The notes beneath the pieces were generated by a model that searched no databases, had not been told where the DNA came from, and was given only the letters and a program-made list of their open reading frames with translations. Below, piece by piece: positions 1-9,550 of a stretch of 50,546 nucleotides of DNA. Source of the DNA: Bacillota bacterium (lineage in GTDB: Bacteria > Bacillota > Dethiobacteria > DTU022); NCBI GenBank assembly GCA_016874655.1, contig VGTO01000003.1, positions 1 to 50,546 of the forward strand, read 5' to 3'. Numbering within the stretch: the stretch's first letter is position 1; the number at the start of each line of letters is the position of its first letter. The translations under genes were made by a program, and so were the position numbers.

Positions 1-1
1 C

Positions 2-295
2 TCCGGCGACGGTGCCGATGATTACTTTACCGGTGGTGGCGCTTTCGCCTTCCAACAGCAGCGGCTTGACTATGTTCATCCCGGCGTGCATCGCTTTCGC
101 CGCCATCATTACTTCGGGAACATACATATCGCCTTTCTTAAAACGGTCTCCGACTACGTTCATGCCGCTGATCAGACCCTGGTTGATAATCTCCGAGGGT
201 TTTACGCCTTCGTCAACCAGCTTCTGGGTTAACTCACCGGCCTTCGCCGCGTTACACTCAATTATGGCTCCCGCCAATGCTTCAAAATCTGCCAT
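2..295 (-). CDS. Corrinoid (B12-binding) methyl-carrier protein, MttC/MtaC-like; runs off the window's left edge
   Basis: Not in ORF track. Translated by hand from ATG at 295: MADFEALAGAIIECNAAKAGELTQKLVDEGVKPSEIINQGLISGMNVVGDRFKKGDMYVPEVMMAAKAMHAGMNIVKPLL...GKVIIGTVAG: B12-binding cap domain followed by the GTVxGD approach to the DxHxxG motif. RBS AAGGAG upstream. Confidence 0.92.
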   Translation of the reverse strand, partial: MADFEALAGAIIECNAAKAGELTQKLVDEGVKPSEIINQGLISGMNVVGDRFKKGDMYVPEVMMAAKAMHAGMNIVKPLLLEGESATTGKVIIGTVAG

Positions 296-540
296 TAATC
301 AAAAACTCCTTTCTTTTTATTTATTTTAAAAGCATCTTCAGACCAACAGAAAAAAACTTCTTTTAACAACTAACCGGCATCCATTTTAGATCAGCCAAAT
401 CATATACAGAAAAAAAAGGACAATCCTTTAGCTCAAAATATCACCCCTCAAAGACAAAGCTGGTCTCTATATTATGCTTAATTTAATTAAGTAAGGTATA
501 AAAAGAATGCTAAGCAGCTATTCTTCCTGTTGGTATAAGT

Positions 541-556
541 AGCAATAATTGTGCCA
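541..556 (-). promoter_or_regulatory. Sigma54 (-24/-12) promoter for the corrinoid gene
   Basis: Minus strand reads TGGCAC-AATTA-TTGCT, an exact match to TGGCAC-N5-TTGC, pointing at the corrinoid CDS and lying just downstream of a GAFTGA bEBP gene. Confidence 0.88.
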
Positions 557-641
557 CATCAGATAATCTGCTCTGATTGGCTTCTTAACCAGTTCTACGG
601 GCAAAACTAAATACCCCCATGCTGTTACAGCTGCAGGAGCA

Positions 642-743
642 TTCTCATATTAAGAAATATTACTTGGTTAAATATCTTGAAGCGCCTATTTAACAAACCA
701 AAACGATTATTTCTCACAATGAGACATATTCTCATTCTAAGAC
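642..743. promoter_or_regulatory. Putative upstream activator sites (three TCTCA-N3-TRAGA palindromes) for the adjacent bEBP
   Basis: ttctcatattaagaa (642-656), ttctcacaatgagac (711-725), ttctcattctaagac (729-743), about 90-190 bp upstream of the sigma54 promoter. Confidence 0.65.
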
Positions 744-2527
744 ACATCGACATTGATCGCTTTCAGCTTTCGGTAGAGGGTCGCCCGGCTAATGCCCAGA
801 GCAGAAGCCGCTTTCTCCTTGCCGTGGGTAGAACGGCCATATTTGAGCAGAGCTGCTTTAATGGCCCTGATTTCTAAGGTATCAAGATCTTCGGGGCCCT
901 CAACCCCACTGTCACTGAAATATTTAAGAACTTTCTCAGGCAGGCTGTTTCTGGTTATTCTCGAGTCAGCCTCGATATTTACTGCGTATTCAACAGCATT
1001 CTCCAACTCACGTACATTACCCGGCCAGGGATAGGCTAAAAGCGCCTCCCGGGCATCCTCCCGGAAACCGACAATTCTTTTTTCCAGGTGGCCGGAGTAA
1101 TAATCGAGAAAATGATGCATTAGCAGCAAAATATCGTCTCTGCGCTCGCGTAAAACCGGCAGGGTGAAGGGTATAACATTAATTCTATAGTAAAGGTCTT
1201 CCCTGAATTTGCCATCATTAATCATACTATCCAAATCACGGTTAGTAGCCGCAATGATGCGCACATCGACATCACGGAAAGAGACTCCGCCGATCCTGGC
1301 TATCGTTTTATTTTCGATTACATTAAGCAGTTTAACCTGAAATTCAAGCGGCATATCACCGATCTCATCTAAGAAAATTGTCCCGCCATGAGCCAGCTCA
1401 AATTTACCGGGTTTTCCACCTTTGCGCGCCCCGGTAAAAGCTCCTTCCTCGTAACCAAATAGTTCCGATTCAAGCAAGGGAGCAGGTATTGCTGCGCAGC
1501 TAATCGCCACGAAAGGGTTGTTATAGCGGGGGCTTTCCTCATGAATAGCCCGGGCAAAAATACTTTTACCGGTGCCGGTTTCCCCCCTGATCAAAATCGT
1601 TGAATCGGTAGCTGCTACCAGCTGCATTTTGTTTTTGATGCTGATGATCTCGGTGCTGGTACCGACAATACCCGAAAAAGTACTCTTGGTATTAGCCTTT
1701 AAAATCCTGTTGGCCATTTCTTCTACTTCTTCCCTGCGTTTGAACGAAATTACCGCCCCGGAAACACGCCCTTCTTCATACATCAGGGTTACATTGTAAT
1801 AAAGCCTTAAGTTTTTGCGCTCTGGTCCATTGTAGACCAATTCCCTGCTGTAATATTGTTCGTTATCGACTTCGCTATTGGCGATCATCTGGTCAAGGTT
1901 AAAATCGGGGAAGAGGGTCTTGATATGATGACCCTGCTTCAGCTTCTCTTCTAAACCCAAAAGCTCACCGGCCGCCTTGTTGATGTTGGCGATGCTACCC
2001 TGCAGGTTGATAGCGATGATGCCCTCATTAACAGAGTTAATCACATCTTTAAACTGGTTCATCAGGCTGGTGACCCTGGCTTCCATCTTCTTTTCATTAA
2101 AGGAGATGTAAATCATATTGTTCAGTTTGTTAAGGAAATCCTGCATTTTTTCGTAGTGGTTTAAAAGTTTGCGCCGGTGCTGTTCGTTGAGAGCCAGCAA
2201 CGATATGGTGCCAATTTTAATTCCGTTAAAAGTGATCGGCTGCATCATAAAAGCCAGAACATCACACTGGCCGGCGTAATGGCATTCGTTACAGCAAACC
2301 GCATGAGCAGTATTTTCGACAAAGATCGAGTCATCACCGGGCGATGAGAGAATCCGGTGAGTCATACAGCCTTCATCGTAGATGGCGCCGACCTCTTTTT
2401 CAAAGTAACCGCTTCCGGCGATTACTTCTAAATCCCTGCTGATCACACCGATCTCAATATCAACCACGCCAGCGAAGGCGCTGGTCACCTGCTGTAAGAA
2501 ACCCTGGATACTTTTCAGCTCTTGCAC
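737..2527 (-). CDS. Sigma54-dependent transcriptional activator (sensor-PAS-AAA+-Fis HTH)
   Basis: Walker A GETGTGKS, ESELFGYEEGAFTGA, Walker B IFLDEIG, WPGNVRELEN, C-terminal AASALGISRATLYRKL. Confidence 0.95.
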   Translation of the reverse strand: MQELKSIQGFLQQVTSAFAGVVDIEIGVISRDLEVIAGSGYFEKEVGAIYDEGCMTHRILSSPGDDSIFVENTAHAVCCNECHYAGQCDVLAFMMQPITFNGIKIGTISLLALNEQHRRKLLNHYEKMQDFLNKLNNMIYISFNEKKMEARVTSLMNQFKDVINSVNEGIIAINLQGSIANINKAAGELLGLEEKLKQGHHIKTLFPDFNLDQMIANSEVDNEQYYSRELVYNGPERKNLRLYYNVTLMYEEGRVSGAVISFKRREEVEEMANRILKANTKSTFSGIVGTSTEIISIKNKMQLVAATDSTILIRGETGTGKSIFARAIHEESPRYNNPFVAISCAAIPAPLLESELFGYEEGAFTGARKGGKPGKFELAHGGTIFLDEIGDMPLEFQVKLLNVIENKTIARIGGVSFRDVDVRIIAATNRDLDSMINDGKFREDLYYRINVIPFTLPVLRERRDDILLLMHHFLDYYSGHLEKRIVGFREDAREALLAYPWPGNVRELENAVEYAVNIEADSRITRNSLPEKVLKYFSDSGVEGPEDLDTLEIRAIKAALLKYGRSTHGKEKAASALGISRATLYRKLKAINVDVS

Positions 2528-2590
2528 AGGCTGCTCCTTTTATGCAAATAAGTTTAGATTTCCGGGTGATTTCTTGATAAATTAGGGTGA

Positions 2591-3079
2591 CTAAATTTTA
2601 AAAATCTCATTGCCGCAGTGGTTAAGAAATTTTTCAAAATCACCATAAGACAGAGTGATCGTTGCCGTATTAACATTGGGATGAAAGTTAACCAGCTCCG
2701 CTTTGGCCAGATCGCGATCGAGCACCACTTTAACAGCTTTTTGTGTGTCATTGATCAGGCCAAATGGCGATACAGCTCCGGTTTCAAGACCTAAGTGATC
2801 CATCAACCGGCGTTCGGAGGCAAAACTGAGCTTACCTGCTGCCAGCTGCATAGAAAGCCCCATCAAATCAGCTGTTTTAGATTCTTCGAGCACTACCAGA
2901 TAGTGTTGATTACCTTTATTATTTCTTAAAAAAAGGTTCTTGGCATGAGCCCCTTCAATCCCCTGCCAGTACTGCTTTGCCTCTTCCACCGTATAGACCG
3001 GCGGGTGTTCGTGGCGGGCGAAGCTGATATCAAGTTGTTCTAAAAGGTCATACAATTTTTGTTCATTTTCGATAATCAT
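2591..3079 (-). CDS. proX: Ala-tRNA(Pro) trans-editing deacylase, YbaK/ProX (PrdX) family
   Basis: EHPPVYTVEEA, KNLFL, LSFAS, G-AVSPFGLIND, FHPNVNTAT motifs. Confidence 0.88.
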   Translation of the reverse strand: MIIENEQKLYDLLEQLDISFARHEHPPVYTVEEAKQYWQGIEGAHAKNLFLRNNKGNQHYLVVLEESKTADLMGLSMQLAAGKLSFASERRLMDHLGLETGAVSPFGLINDTQKAVKVVLDRDLAKAELVNFHPNVNTATITLSYGDFEKFLNHCGNEIFKI

Positions 3080-3140
3080 TACAACTGCCCCTTTCCCTTA
3101 TTCCAAATATAACTACCAGCAGTCGGATCTAGCGGTCTAG

Positions 3141-4460
3141 TTATAGCTCTTTCAGCAAAAATGGCCCCAAGCCAAAAAACCAGAATCCACTTTTTAGCTG
3201 TTTGCCTGGACCCCTGATCACCGCCCGGCCATGACGGCGATCAAACAACCAGCCGCCGCTATAACATTCACCGGTTGGGCTGACCAGGTTTCCGATACCA
3301 TGGCGTTTGCCTTTGTCCCAGCGCCCACTATAGACCAGCCCATTTGCCCAAGTTCGCCGGCCCCAGTTGTGAAAGATGCCACCAACCTGTTCTCCCTCAT
3401 AACTACCCATAGGTTTAAAGGTAATCCGGGCAAAACCGGCCAGGAAACCTGCTTGCCACCTACCCTCGATTAAAGTGCCATCGCTTCGCTCAAGGCGGCC
3501 AAAGCCGTTAGGCAAACCGTAATCAAGATCGCCGTTATAAATAGAACCATCTGCCGGTAAGAACCGACCGCCGCCAGTTGCCACCCCGTTGATAAAAATC
3601 CCTTCAAAGCATGAACCGTCAGCAAATTTTAGCAGGCCTTCCCCATGCGGCAGGTTATCTTTAAATTCACCCTGATAAACTTTGCCATTAGGAAACTTTA
3701 GTTGCCCTGGTCCGGAGAGGTGACCTTCTTCAAATAAAGCGTTGAGTACCCGGCCATCGGGATAAACAGCCTGGCCTTTACCATACGGTAATCCTTCAAA
3801 TAGCGGTCCTTTATATTTAGATCCGTCGGGGAAAAAAAATGTTCCTTTAGTTGTGAATTTGCCATCCGCAAATAATCCTTCGAAACGGGAACCGTCAGCA
3901 AAAAAGAAAGTCCCCCGGCCATCCATCTTATTTGCGACCCATTGACCGGCGAACTTGCGACCATCAGGCCAAGACTGGGTTCCTTCGCCCTGCTTCTGAT
4001 CATTTTCCCATTGTCCATTATAGGATCTGCCATCCGGCCAGTTCATGTAACCCTGACCATTGCGTAAAGACCGTTTCCAGCGTCCCTTAAAAAGACGGCC
4101 GTCGGGCCAATGGTAGATGCCTCGCCCATCGTATAAACCATACTTGAAGTAGCCTTCGAACTTTTCACCACCTGGCCAGTAATAAGCACCCAGGCCATGC
4201 ATCTGATCTTCGCGCCAGGCGCCAGTGTACCTGCGACCGTCGGCAAAAAAGTATGTCCCCTGCCCATGCATCAGGTCTTCCTTCCAGGTGCCTTCATATT
4301 TATCGCCGTTGGTCCAGGTAAAGATACCTTCGCCGTGAAATAAACCATTTTCCCAATCACCACTATAGCTACTGCCATCAGGCCAGGTTACCGTACCCCG
4401 GCCATGCGGTTTTTTATTGCGGGTATCTCCTCTGTATTCTCCCTCTCCGGCAATTCTCAT
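3141..4460 (-). CDS. MORN-repeat protein
   Basis: Almost entirely 23-aa repeats of YxGxWxxGxxHGxGxxxWPDG type. Confidence 0.9.
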   Translation of the reverse strand: MRIAGEGEYRGDTRNKKPHGRGTVTWPDGSSYSGDWENGLFHGEGIFTWTNGDKYEGTWKEDLMHGQGTYFFADGRRYTGAWREDQMHGLGAYYWPGGEKFEGYFKYGLYDGRGIYHWPDGRLFKGRWKRSLRNGQGYMNWPDGRSYNGQWENDQKQGEGTQSWPDGRKFAGQWVANKMDGRGTFFFADGSRFEGLFADGKFTTKGTFFFPDGSKYKGPLFEGLPYGKGQAVYPDGRVLNALFEEGHLSGPGQLKFPNGKVYQGEFKDNLPHGEGLLKFADGSCFEGIFINGVATGGGRFLPADGSIYNGDLDYGLPNGFGRLERSDGTLIEGRWQAGFLAGFARITFKPMGSYEGEQVGGIFHNWGRRTWANGLVYSGRWDKGKRHGIGNLVSPTGECYSGGWLFDRRHGRAVIRGPGKQLKSGFWFFGLGPFLLKEL

Positions 4461-4594
4461 CCTAAGTCCTCAGCCTTTCTGTTTGTTACCCTCTACTTCA
4501 TTTCTACACAATTGGCAATTCTCCCTGCATCACTGGCTGCAAACGCGGTTCGTTCCGGGAGATAAGATAGCAGATTATAATTTATACAAAGAGT

Positions 4595-5362
4595 TTATTC
4601 GACTTCAATCGTGGTTTCTGCAACAAGCTTCTTTTTACGATTAGCCAGATATACCATGAATATTCCCAGTTCGTACAGGAGCATCAGGGGGATGGCCATC
4701 AGGACCTGGGAAAATACATCGGGGGGAGTAAGAATCGCCGATACAATAACATTGATCAAGAGGGCATATTTTCTGTTGCGTTTCAAAAATGCCGTATTCA
4801 AAAGGCCAATACTGCCAAGAAACCAGAAGACAACGGGTAGCTGAAAAACTAGGCCGAAGGAAAAGAGAAAGGTGGTGGTAAATGAGATATAGCGGGCGAA
4901 GCTGAAATTCGGCACCAGGTCGGCGGCGGCAAACCCGAGGAAAAAATTCAGGGCAAATGGCAAACCCACGAAATAGGCAAAAGAAAACCCTAAAATAAAC
5001 AGAAGATACATTAAAATAGCCAGAACAAAAGCAGACCGTCTGGCCATTCCGGCTGCCGCTGTAATCAGAGCGACCAGTTGATAAAGGATAATCGGCAGGG
5101 TAATCGTAGCGCTGGTAATAAAGGCCAACTTCAGGTTAGCCATTAGCGCCTCAGCCGGGGTCAGAAAGATCAGCTGTAAATCGATGCCCCTGGCCTCAAA
5201 ACCAAAAAAACTCATCTGACCCGGCAAAAGCAGCAGATGCCTGACCTGATCACTAAAGCTGAAACTGACGATCGCAAAAAGAAAAACCAGCACGATAATA
5301 ATAATGAGGCGTTTGCGCAGCTCTTCAAAAAAGATTATTAACCTGTCTCTATCCATAGGCAA
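4595..5362 (-). CDS. tatC: Twin-arginine translocase subunit TatC
   Basis: EELRKRL N-terminus, six TM helices, FGLVFQLP and LTPPDVFSQVLMAIPLMLLYE motifs. Confidence 0.92.
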   Translation of the reverse strand: MPMDRDRLIIFFEELRKRLIIIIVLVFLFAIVSFSFSDQVRHLLLLPGQMSFFGFEARGIDLQLIFLTPAEALMANLKLAFITSATITLPIILYQLVALITAAAGMARRSAFVLAILMYLLFILGFSFAYFVGLPFALNFFLGFAAADLVPNFSFARYISFTTTFLFSFGLVFQLPVVFWFLGSIGLLNTAFLKRNRKYALLINVIVSAILTPPDVFSQVLMAIPLMLLYELGIFMVYLANRKKKLVAETTIEVE

Positions 5363-5408
5363 TTAAGCCTTTACCTCCACCAGGTAGAAAAAATTACTGT
5401 TTTGCAGG

Positions 5409-6257
5409 CTATTCTTCGTCTTCCTGTACCGGTTGAACAGCCGGTTCGGTAATATCGTCCTCTGCAGGCTGCAGATAATCCCTATAGCTGAGAGCATCCT
5501 GGTAAACCTTACTATCCGCTTCTTCCTGCTCCAGGATCAAAGCTAACAGTTTCTCGGCTGCTTCCCGCTGATCTAAGTACTCACCCAGCAGCACAGTATA
5601 GTAAAAGCGATTCTGCCCACTTAGGGACCCGGCTTCCTGCATTTCTTCAAAATAAACGTTCAGCCACTGAATCTCTTCAGCTGCCAGTTCACCCAGGTCC
5701 GGCTTAGTCTCTTTGACCGAATTGAGCATACCAATAAGCGAAAGATGATAAAGCGGATCGGGCTGCTCACGAAGCCGCCCGAGTAAAAATGCGATCTGCT
5801 CAGTGGCAAGTTCGTCCTGATCATCCCCAAGCAAAAGATTGATCATTTCCAAGCGGTACTGAGGATTATCCGGTTCAAGTTCAATCAGCGAAAGGTAAAT
5901 CGCAGTCAGCTTACCCTCCGCTTGGTCAAGCTCTTCCTGATCATCAAAAAACATCTGCTGGATATAAACCAGGTAACGGTAGTTGTCTGCCAGTTCGAGC
6001 AGCACAGCCTCGGTTGGTTCGTTTTCTTCCAGGTAGAGCTCAAGGCTGTCAATTTGCTGCTGATAGTAAGCAAGATAATCTTCCGGCTGCTGTTCGGCTT
6101 GCTGCTCCGGCAGCGCGGTTTGCTGATTACCCATTAAGGCCTGTGATATGTATACGCCAACCAATGACAATAACATTGCAAGCGCCAGGATACCGGCAAC
6201 TATACCGGCCCAACGCTGTTTTTTTAAATCTCTTGCCCGCGGTTTGCTTTTCGCCAA
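5409..6257 (-). CDS. Membrane-anchored acidic helical (TPR-like) hypothetical protein
   Basis: Basic N-terminus, one TM segment, then Glu/Gln-rich helical repeats (e.g. LIELEPDNPQYRL). Confidence 0.6.
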   Translation of the reverse strand: MAKSKPRARDLKKQRWAGIVAGILALAMLLSLVGVYISQALMGNQQTALPEQQAEQQPEDYLAYYQQQIDSLELYLEENEPTEAVLLELADNYRYLVYIQQMFFDDQEELDQAEGKLTAIYLSLIELEPDNPQYRLEMINLLLGDDQDELATEQIAFLLGRLREQPDPLYHLSLIGMLNSVKETKPDLGELAAEEIQWLNVYFEEMQEAGSLSGQNRFYYTVLLGEYLDQREAAEKLLALILEQEEADSKVYQDALSYRDYLQPAEDDITEPAVQPVQEDEE

Positions 6258-6309
6258 AACACATACCTCCGGATCGTAATTATCTAAGTTATAATAAGGA
6301 GTTTAACGG

Positions 6310-7023
6310 TTAGTCTTCAATGATAACCAACAAACGCCCGCAGTTTTCACAATACACCATCGTTTCAGGATTGTAAAGGTGACCGCGCAATGCTCCGGAT
6401 ATGAAAACACGACAACCACCGCAGATATCATTATCTACCCGGGCCAGGGGCCTACCCTGGTGTTTTTCAGCCAGGATGCGGTACTTATTAAGCAGCTTTG
6501 AGTCGATCTCACCGGTTTTGTTAATGCGACGCACTTTAAGCTCTGCCAGTTTGCCATTTAATAGTTCCAGTTCCTCGGCCAGTTTTGCTTCCGTCTGCTT
6601 CAGCTTATTTTCATCCTGCTTTAACTGTTCATATAAAATGCCAATTCTCTCTTCCTGCTCTTCAATTGATTCCAGCAGGTTAATGAGCAAATCTTCAAGT
6701 TTTTTTCTTTCGGCATCAAGCTGATCCAAACGGCGCTGCTGCTGTTCAAGCTCTTTGACATTGACGTTTTTTCCACCATACATGCTTTCGTAAAGCTCTT
6801 TGCGTGTATCAATAGTTTTCTGGGTTTTCATCTCCAGCTCACGCATTTGTTTCTGATCCGCTCTAAGATTGGCATCGCTTATATCCCATTCGGCTCCAAG
6901 CGCTTCCAGGGCTTCGGCTTTCTCCTGTACTCCGCTTTTTAGCGGCGCATTGTCAATGTCCTCTTTAATCCCTTGAAGAGCAAGGTCAATTTCCTGAAGA
7001 TCCCAGAGCAATTTAAGCTGCAT
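6310..7023 (-). CDS. Coiled-coil / C4-type zinc-ribbon protein (DUF164-like)
   Basis: LWDLQEID start, long coiled coil, CGGC and CENCGRLL zinc ligands. Confidence 0.88.
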   Translation of the reverse strand: MQLKLLWDLQEIDLALQGIKEDIDNAPLKSGVQEKAEALEALGAEWDISDANLRADQKQMRELEMKTQKTIDTRKELYESMYGGKNVNVKELEQQQRRLDQLDAERKKLEDLLINLLESIEEQEERIGILYEQLKQDENKLKQTEAKLAEELELLNGKLAELKVRRINKTGEIDSKLLNKYRILAEKHQGRPLARVDNDICGGCRVFISGALRGHLYNPETMVYCENCGRLLVIIED

Positions 7024-7053
7024 CGCTTTACATCCTTTCTCGATCTAAGTAGA

Positions 7054-7077
7054 AGAAGCAGGCTTGCACCTGCTTCT
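7054..7077. terminator. Hairpin between dat and the zinc-ribbon gene
   Basis: AGAAGCAGG-cttgca-CCTGCTTCT perfect 9-bp stem right after the dat stop; weak U-tract. Confidence 0.45.
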
Positions 7078-7081
7078 ATAA

Positions 7082-7957
7082 TTAATGTTCATTCCGGTTG
7101 CAACTTGCTGCAATCCGGCTTCGAAACTCTTTCATCATGATCAGACAGACTGGCCCGGGTACCGGTGCTGGCAAAATCAGTGAATCAATACTGCGGGCCG
7201 GATTTACCTCCATGTTGGTCGAAGTAACCCAGACCTCTGTGGCTTTTTGCAGTTCTTCCAGGGTCAGAGCTTCTTCCTGATAGCTGATCTTCTTTTCGAC
7301 CAGAATATCAAGGACAATTTGGCGGCTGATCCCCGGTAGAATCAGGTTTGTGGCCGGATGAGTCCTGACTACTCGGTCAATTACAGCAAAAAAATTGGAA
7401 CGGGTACCTTCGGTTACGACTCCGTCCGGACGATAGAGAATTGCTTCTGCTGCTCCGGATTCAAATGCTTTCTGCCGTGCTAACAAGTTAGGCAGCAGGT
7501 TAACTGTTTTGATATGGCAGTTAAGCCAACGCTCATCCGGCAGGGTTATCAGATGGAGTGGTTTAACCTGCTCCAGTGGTGTTAGTGGTGGCATTTCACG
7601 CACATACATGATCATTGATGGTGTGCTCTCTTCCGGGAACAGATGATCGCGCTTGGCACTACCCCTGGTAACCTGCAGGTAAAGATAACCATTGTCGTAG
7701 CCGCTTTTTGCAATCAAATCATCGGCGGCAGCGATCATTTCGGCTCTTCGGTATGGCAGCATCAGTCTGATTGCTCTTGCACTGTTCTGCAGGCGATCAA
7801 GATGAGCATCAATGTAAAAGAGACAGCGATCGTAATAGCGGATTACTTCATAAACTCCGTCTCCTAAAAGATAGGCACGATCTTCAAGTGATACCTTAGC
7901 CGAAGATAACTCCACGACAGTACCATCAATCCAAGCCAGGTTCTGCATCATTTCCAA
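7082..7957 (-). CDS. dat: D-amino-acid aminotransferase (PLP fold type IV)
   Basis: EDRAYLLGDGVYEV, YLQVTRG..KRDH, RWLNCHIKTVNLLPN, TEGTRSN, ILPGISR. Confidence 0.88.
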   Translation of the reverse strand: MEMMQNLAWIDGTVVELSSAKVSLEDRAYLLGDGVYEVIRYYDRCLFYIDAHLDRLQNSARAIRLMLPYRRAEMIAAADDLIAKSGYDNGYLYLQVTRGSAKRDHLFPEESTPSMIMYVREMPPLTPLEQVKPLHLITLPDERWLNCHIKTVNLLPNLLARQKAFESGAAEAILYRPDGVVTEGTRSNFFAVIDRVVRTHPATNLILPGISRQIVLDILVEKKISYQEEALTLEELQKATEVWVTSTNMEVNPARSIDSLILPAPVPGPVCLIMMKEFRSRIAASCNRNEH

Positions 7958-8032
7958 CTCCGCTCCTCAATCTGTAGCATCTACGGTACCACAACCTTAG
8001 TTGGATGTCTATTGTCAATACCAGCTCTGCCT

Positions 8033-9493
8033 TTAACGGTAAGCAGCGATAATTAAATCAATTTCTTTTTTTAAACCTGGAGCAAGGGGCAGCGGATGAT
8101 GGTTTTCCAAAATCCACAACGCTTTTTCCCGGGCATTTTCTTCTGCTTCACGACATCCTTCCGCCTGCCATTTACCGTACGGGCTGCGATTAATCAGCTC
8201 TGGTTGCCACAGCTCGCGCATATGTTTAAATGTATGCGGTTCAACCATAAAATGGTCCTCAGATCCAACCCTGGCGATGGTTTCTAAGGCCAGGGTCTCT
8301 GTATCAACGGTGATACCGCCGACGGTTTGGCGGATTATTTCGTAAATTTCACAGTCCAGGAGGAGCTGTTCGAAAGAAAAAATTACCGCTCCGGCCAGCA
8401 AACCGGCCCCACACATCATATCGGCCCCGGCAAATGCACTAACCATTCCCGATAGGGCATTTTCCACCCCGGCATGCCAGTTGGAGGCCTTAGCCCCGGT
8501 GGCAAAGGTACCTACATTGGAGGGCAGCCCGTAATAACGGGCCATCTGGGCGGTAAGCGCCTGCAGAATAAAATCTTCCGGACCTCCACAGCAAACAGCC
8601 CCGGTTTTTAGCTCCATCACTGTGGCACAGGAGCCGTAAAATGTCGGCGCTCCGGGCCGATGACACTGCAGGAATACAATGCCGGCCAGCACCTCGGCGT
8701 TGGCCTGGGCCAGACTACCCGCCAACGTAGCCGGGGCAGTTGAGCAGCCAATCTGCATGGTTAAGAACCCGGTCGGAATACCGGCATCGGCAAAAATCAT
8801 GGCCGCTTCAAGCCCTTCCGGATCATAAGCCAGGGGACTGATACTGCACTGAAAGTTGGAGATTAGCGGTCTTCGGCGTAGAGTTTCACTGCCTCCGGCC
8901 ACCGCTGCCGCAAGCTCCACCGAACCGCGGGCAGATCGAGGGTTAACAGCAGTCATTGCCTGGACATGCTTAGCGGAAAATTGTAGTTGAACTGCCAATT
9001 CAGATAGAGGTTGTTGGGATTTTGGCTGATCCTGGGCACTGATGACCGGCCAGAGGAAAGCGATCTCTTCCAAATAATCAGCAACCAAGGTAGCTTTCTC
9101 CAGGTCTGACATATTTGACTTGCGCAATTTGCCGCTATCCAGATCGATTACCTGGAGGCCACAGCCATCCAGAGTCAGGTAACCGTGCTTGCCGTCTAAA
9201 AACAGATCATTTTCCGGATCACGGGCGCATAGGGTAAAATGGGCCGGAGCATGCTGCAGTGCCCTGTCCACTAAGTCCGGGGGGATAAAAACAAGGCTAC
9301 GACTGCGGTCTACTTTGGCACCGGCAGCTTCAAGCAGGTCAAGAGCGGCAGGTAGCGGCATCCTGATGCCGACCTTCTCAAGAATATAGCGGGATGCCTG
9401 ATCGATTTTCTCCGCCTGCTGCTGATCCATTAAATCAAGCTTAGTTTTAAAGATAAGCGGTTTGATGCCTCTTCTGTTATCTGCTGCAGCCAA
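8033..9493 (-). CDS. Trimethylamine methyltransferase (MttB) superfamily protein, non-pyrrolysine
   Basis: APAHFTLCARDPENDL, SISPLAYD, TAPATLAGSLAQANAEVLAG, MARYYGLPS, GAGLL motifs; 486-aa ORF with no in-frame amber codon. Confidence 0.92.
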   Translation of the reverse strand: MAAADNRRGIKPLIFKTKLDLMDQQQAEKIDQASRYILEKVGIRMPLPAALDLLEAAGAKVDRSRSLVFIPPDLVDRALQHAPAHFTLCARDPENDLFLDGKHGYLTLDGCGLQVIDLDSGKLRKSNMSDLEKATLVADYLEEIAFLWPVISAQDQPKSQQPLSELAVQLQFSAKHVQAMTAVNPRSARGSVELAAAVAGGSETLRRRPLISNFQCSISPLAYDPEGLEAAMIFADAGIPTGFLTMQIGCSTAPATLAGSLAQANAEVLAGIVFLQCHRPGAPTFYGSCATVMELKTGAVCCGGPEDFILQALTAQMARYYGLPSNVGTFATGAKASNWHAGVENALSGMVSAFAGADMMCGAGLLAGAVIFSFEQLLLDCEIYEIIRQTVGGITVDTETLALETIARVGSEDHFMVEPHTFKHMRELWQPELINRSPYGKWQAEGCREAEENAREKALWILENHHPLPLAPGLKKEIDLIIAAYR

Positions 9494-9550
9494 AACCGCA
9501 CCTTCCTCTGCTGTATCGAGCTGATTATATTAATCTACTGATCATTAGTC

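Noticed and set aside
12-329. 105-aa plus-strand ORF
   Set aside because: Antisense shadow of the corrinoid gene on the minus strand, which has recognisable motifs and an RBS.
296-540. Cobalamin or other riboswitch in the corrinoid gene leader
   Set aside because: AT-rich, no B12-box or other conserved riboswitch motif recognisable.
3141-4460. Periodic DNA repeats as a CRISPR array
   Set aside because: Degenerate 69-bp periodicity is coding MORN repeats; no identical repeats with unique spacers and no cas genes anywhere in the window.
8033-9493. Possible pyrrolysine readthrough in MttB
   Set aside because: ORF is full length with no internal TAG.
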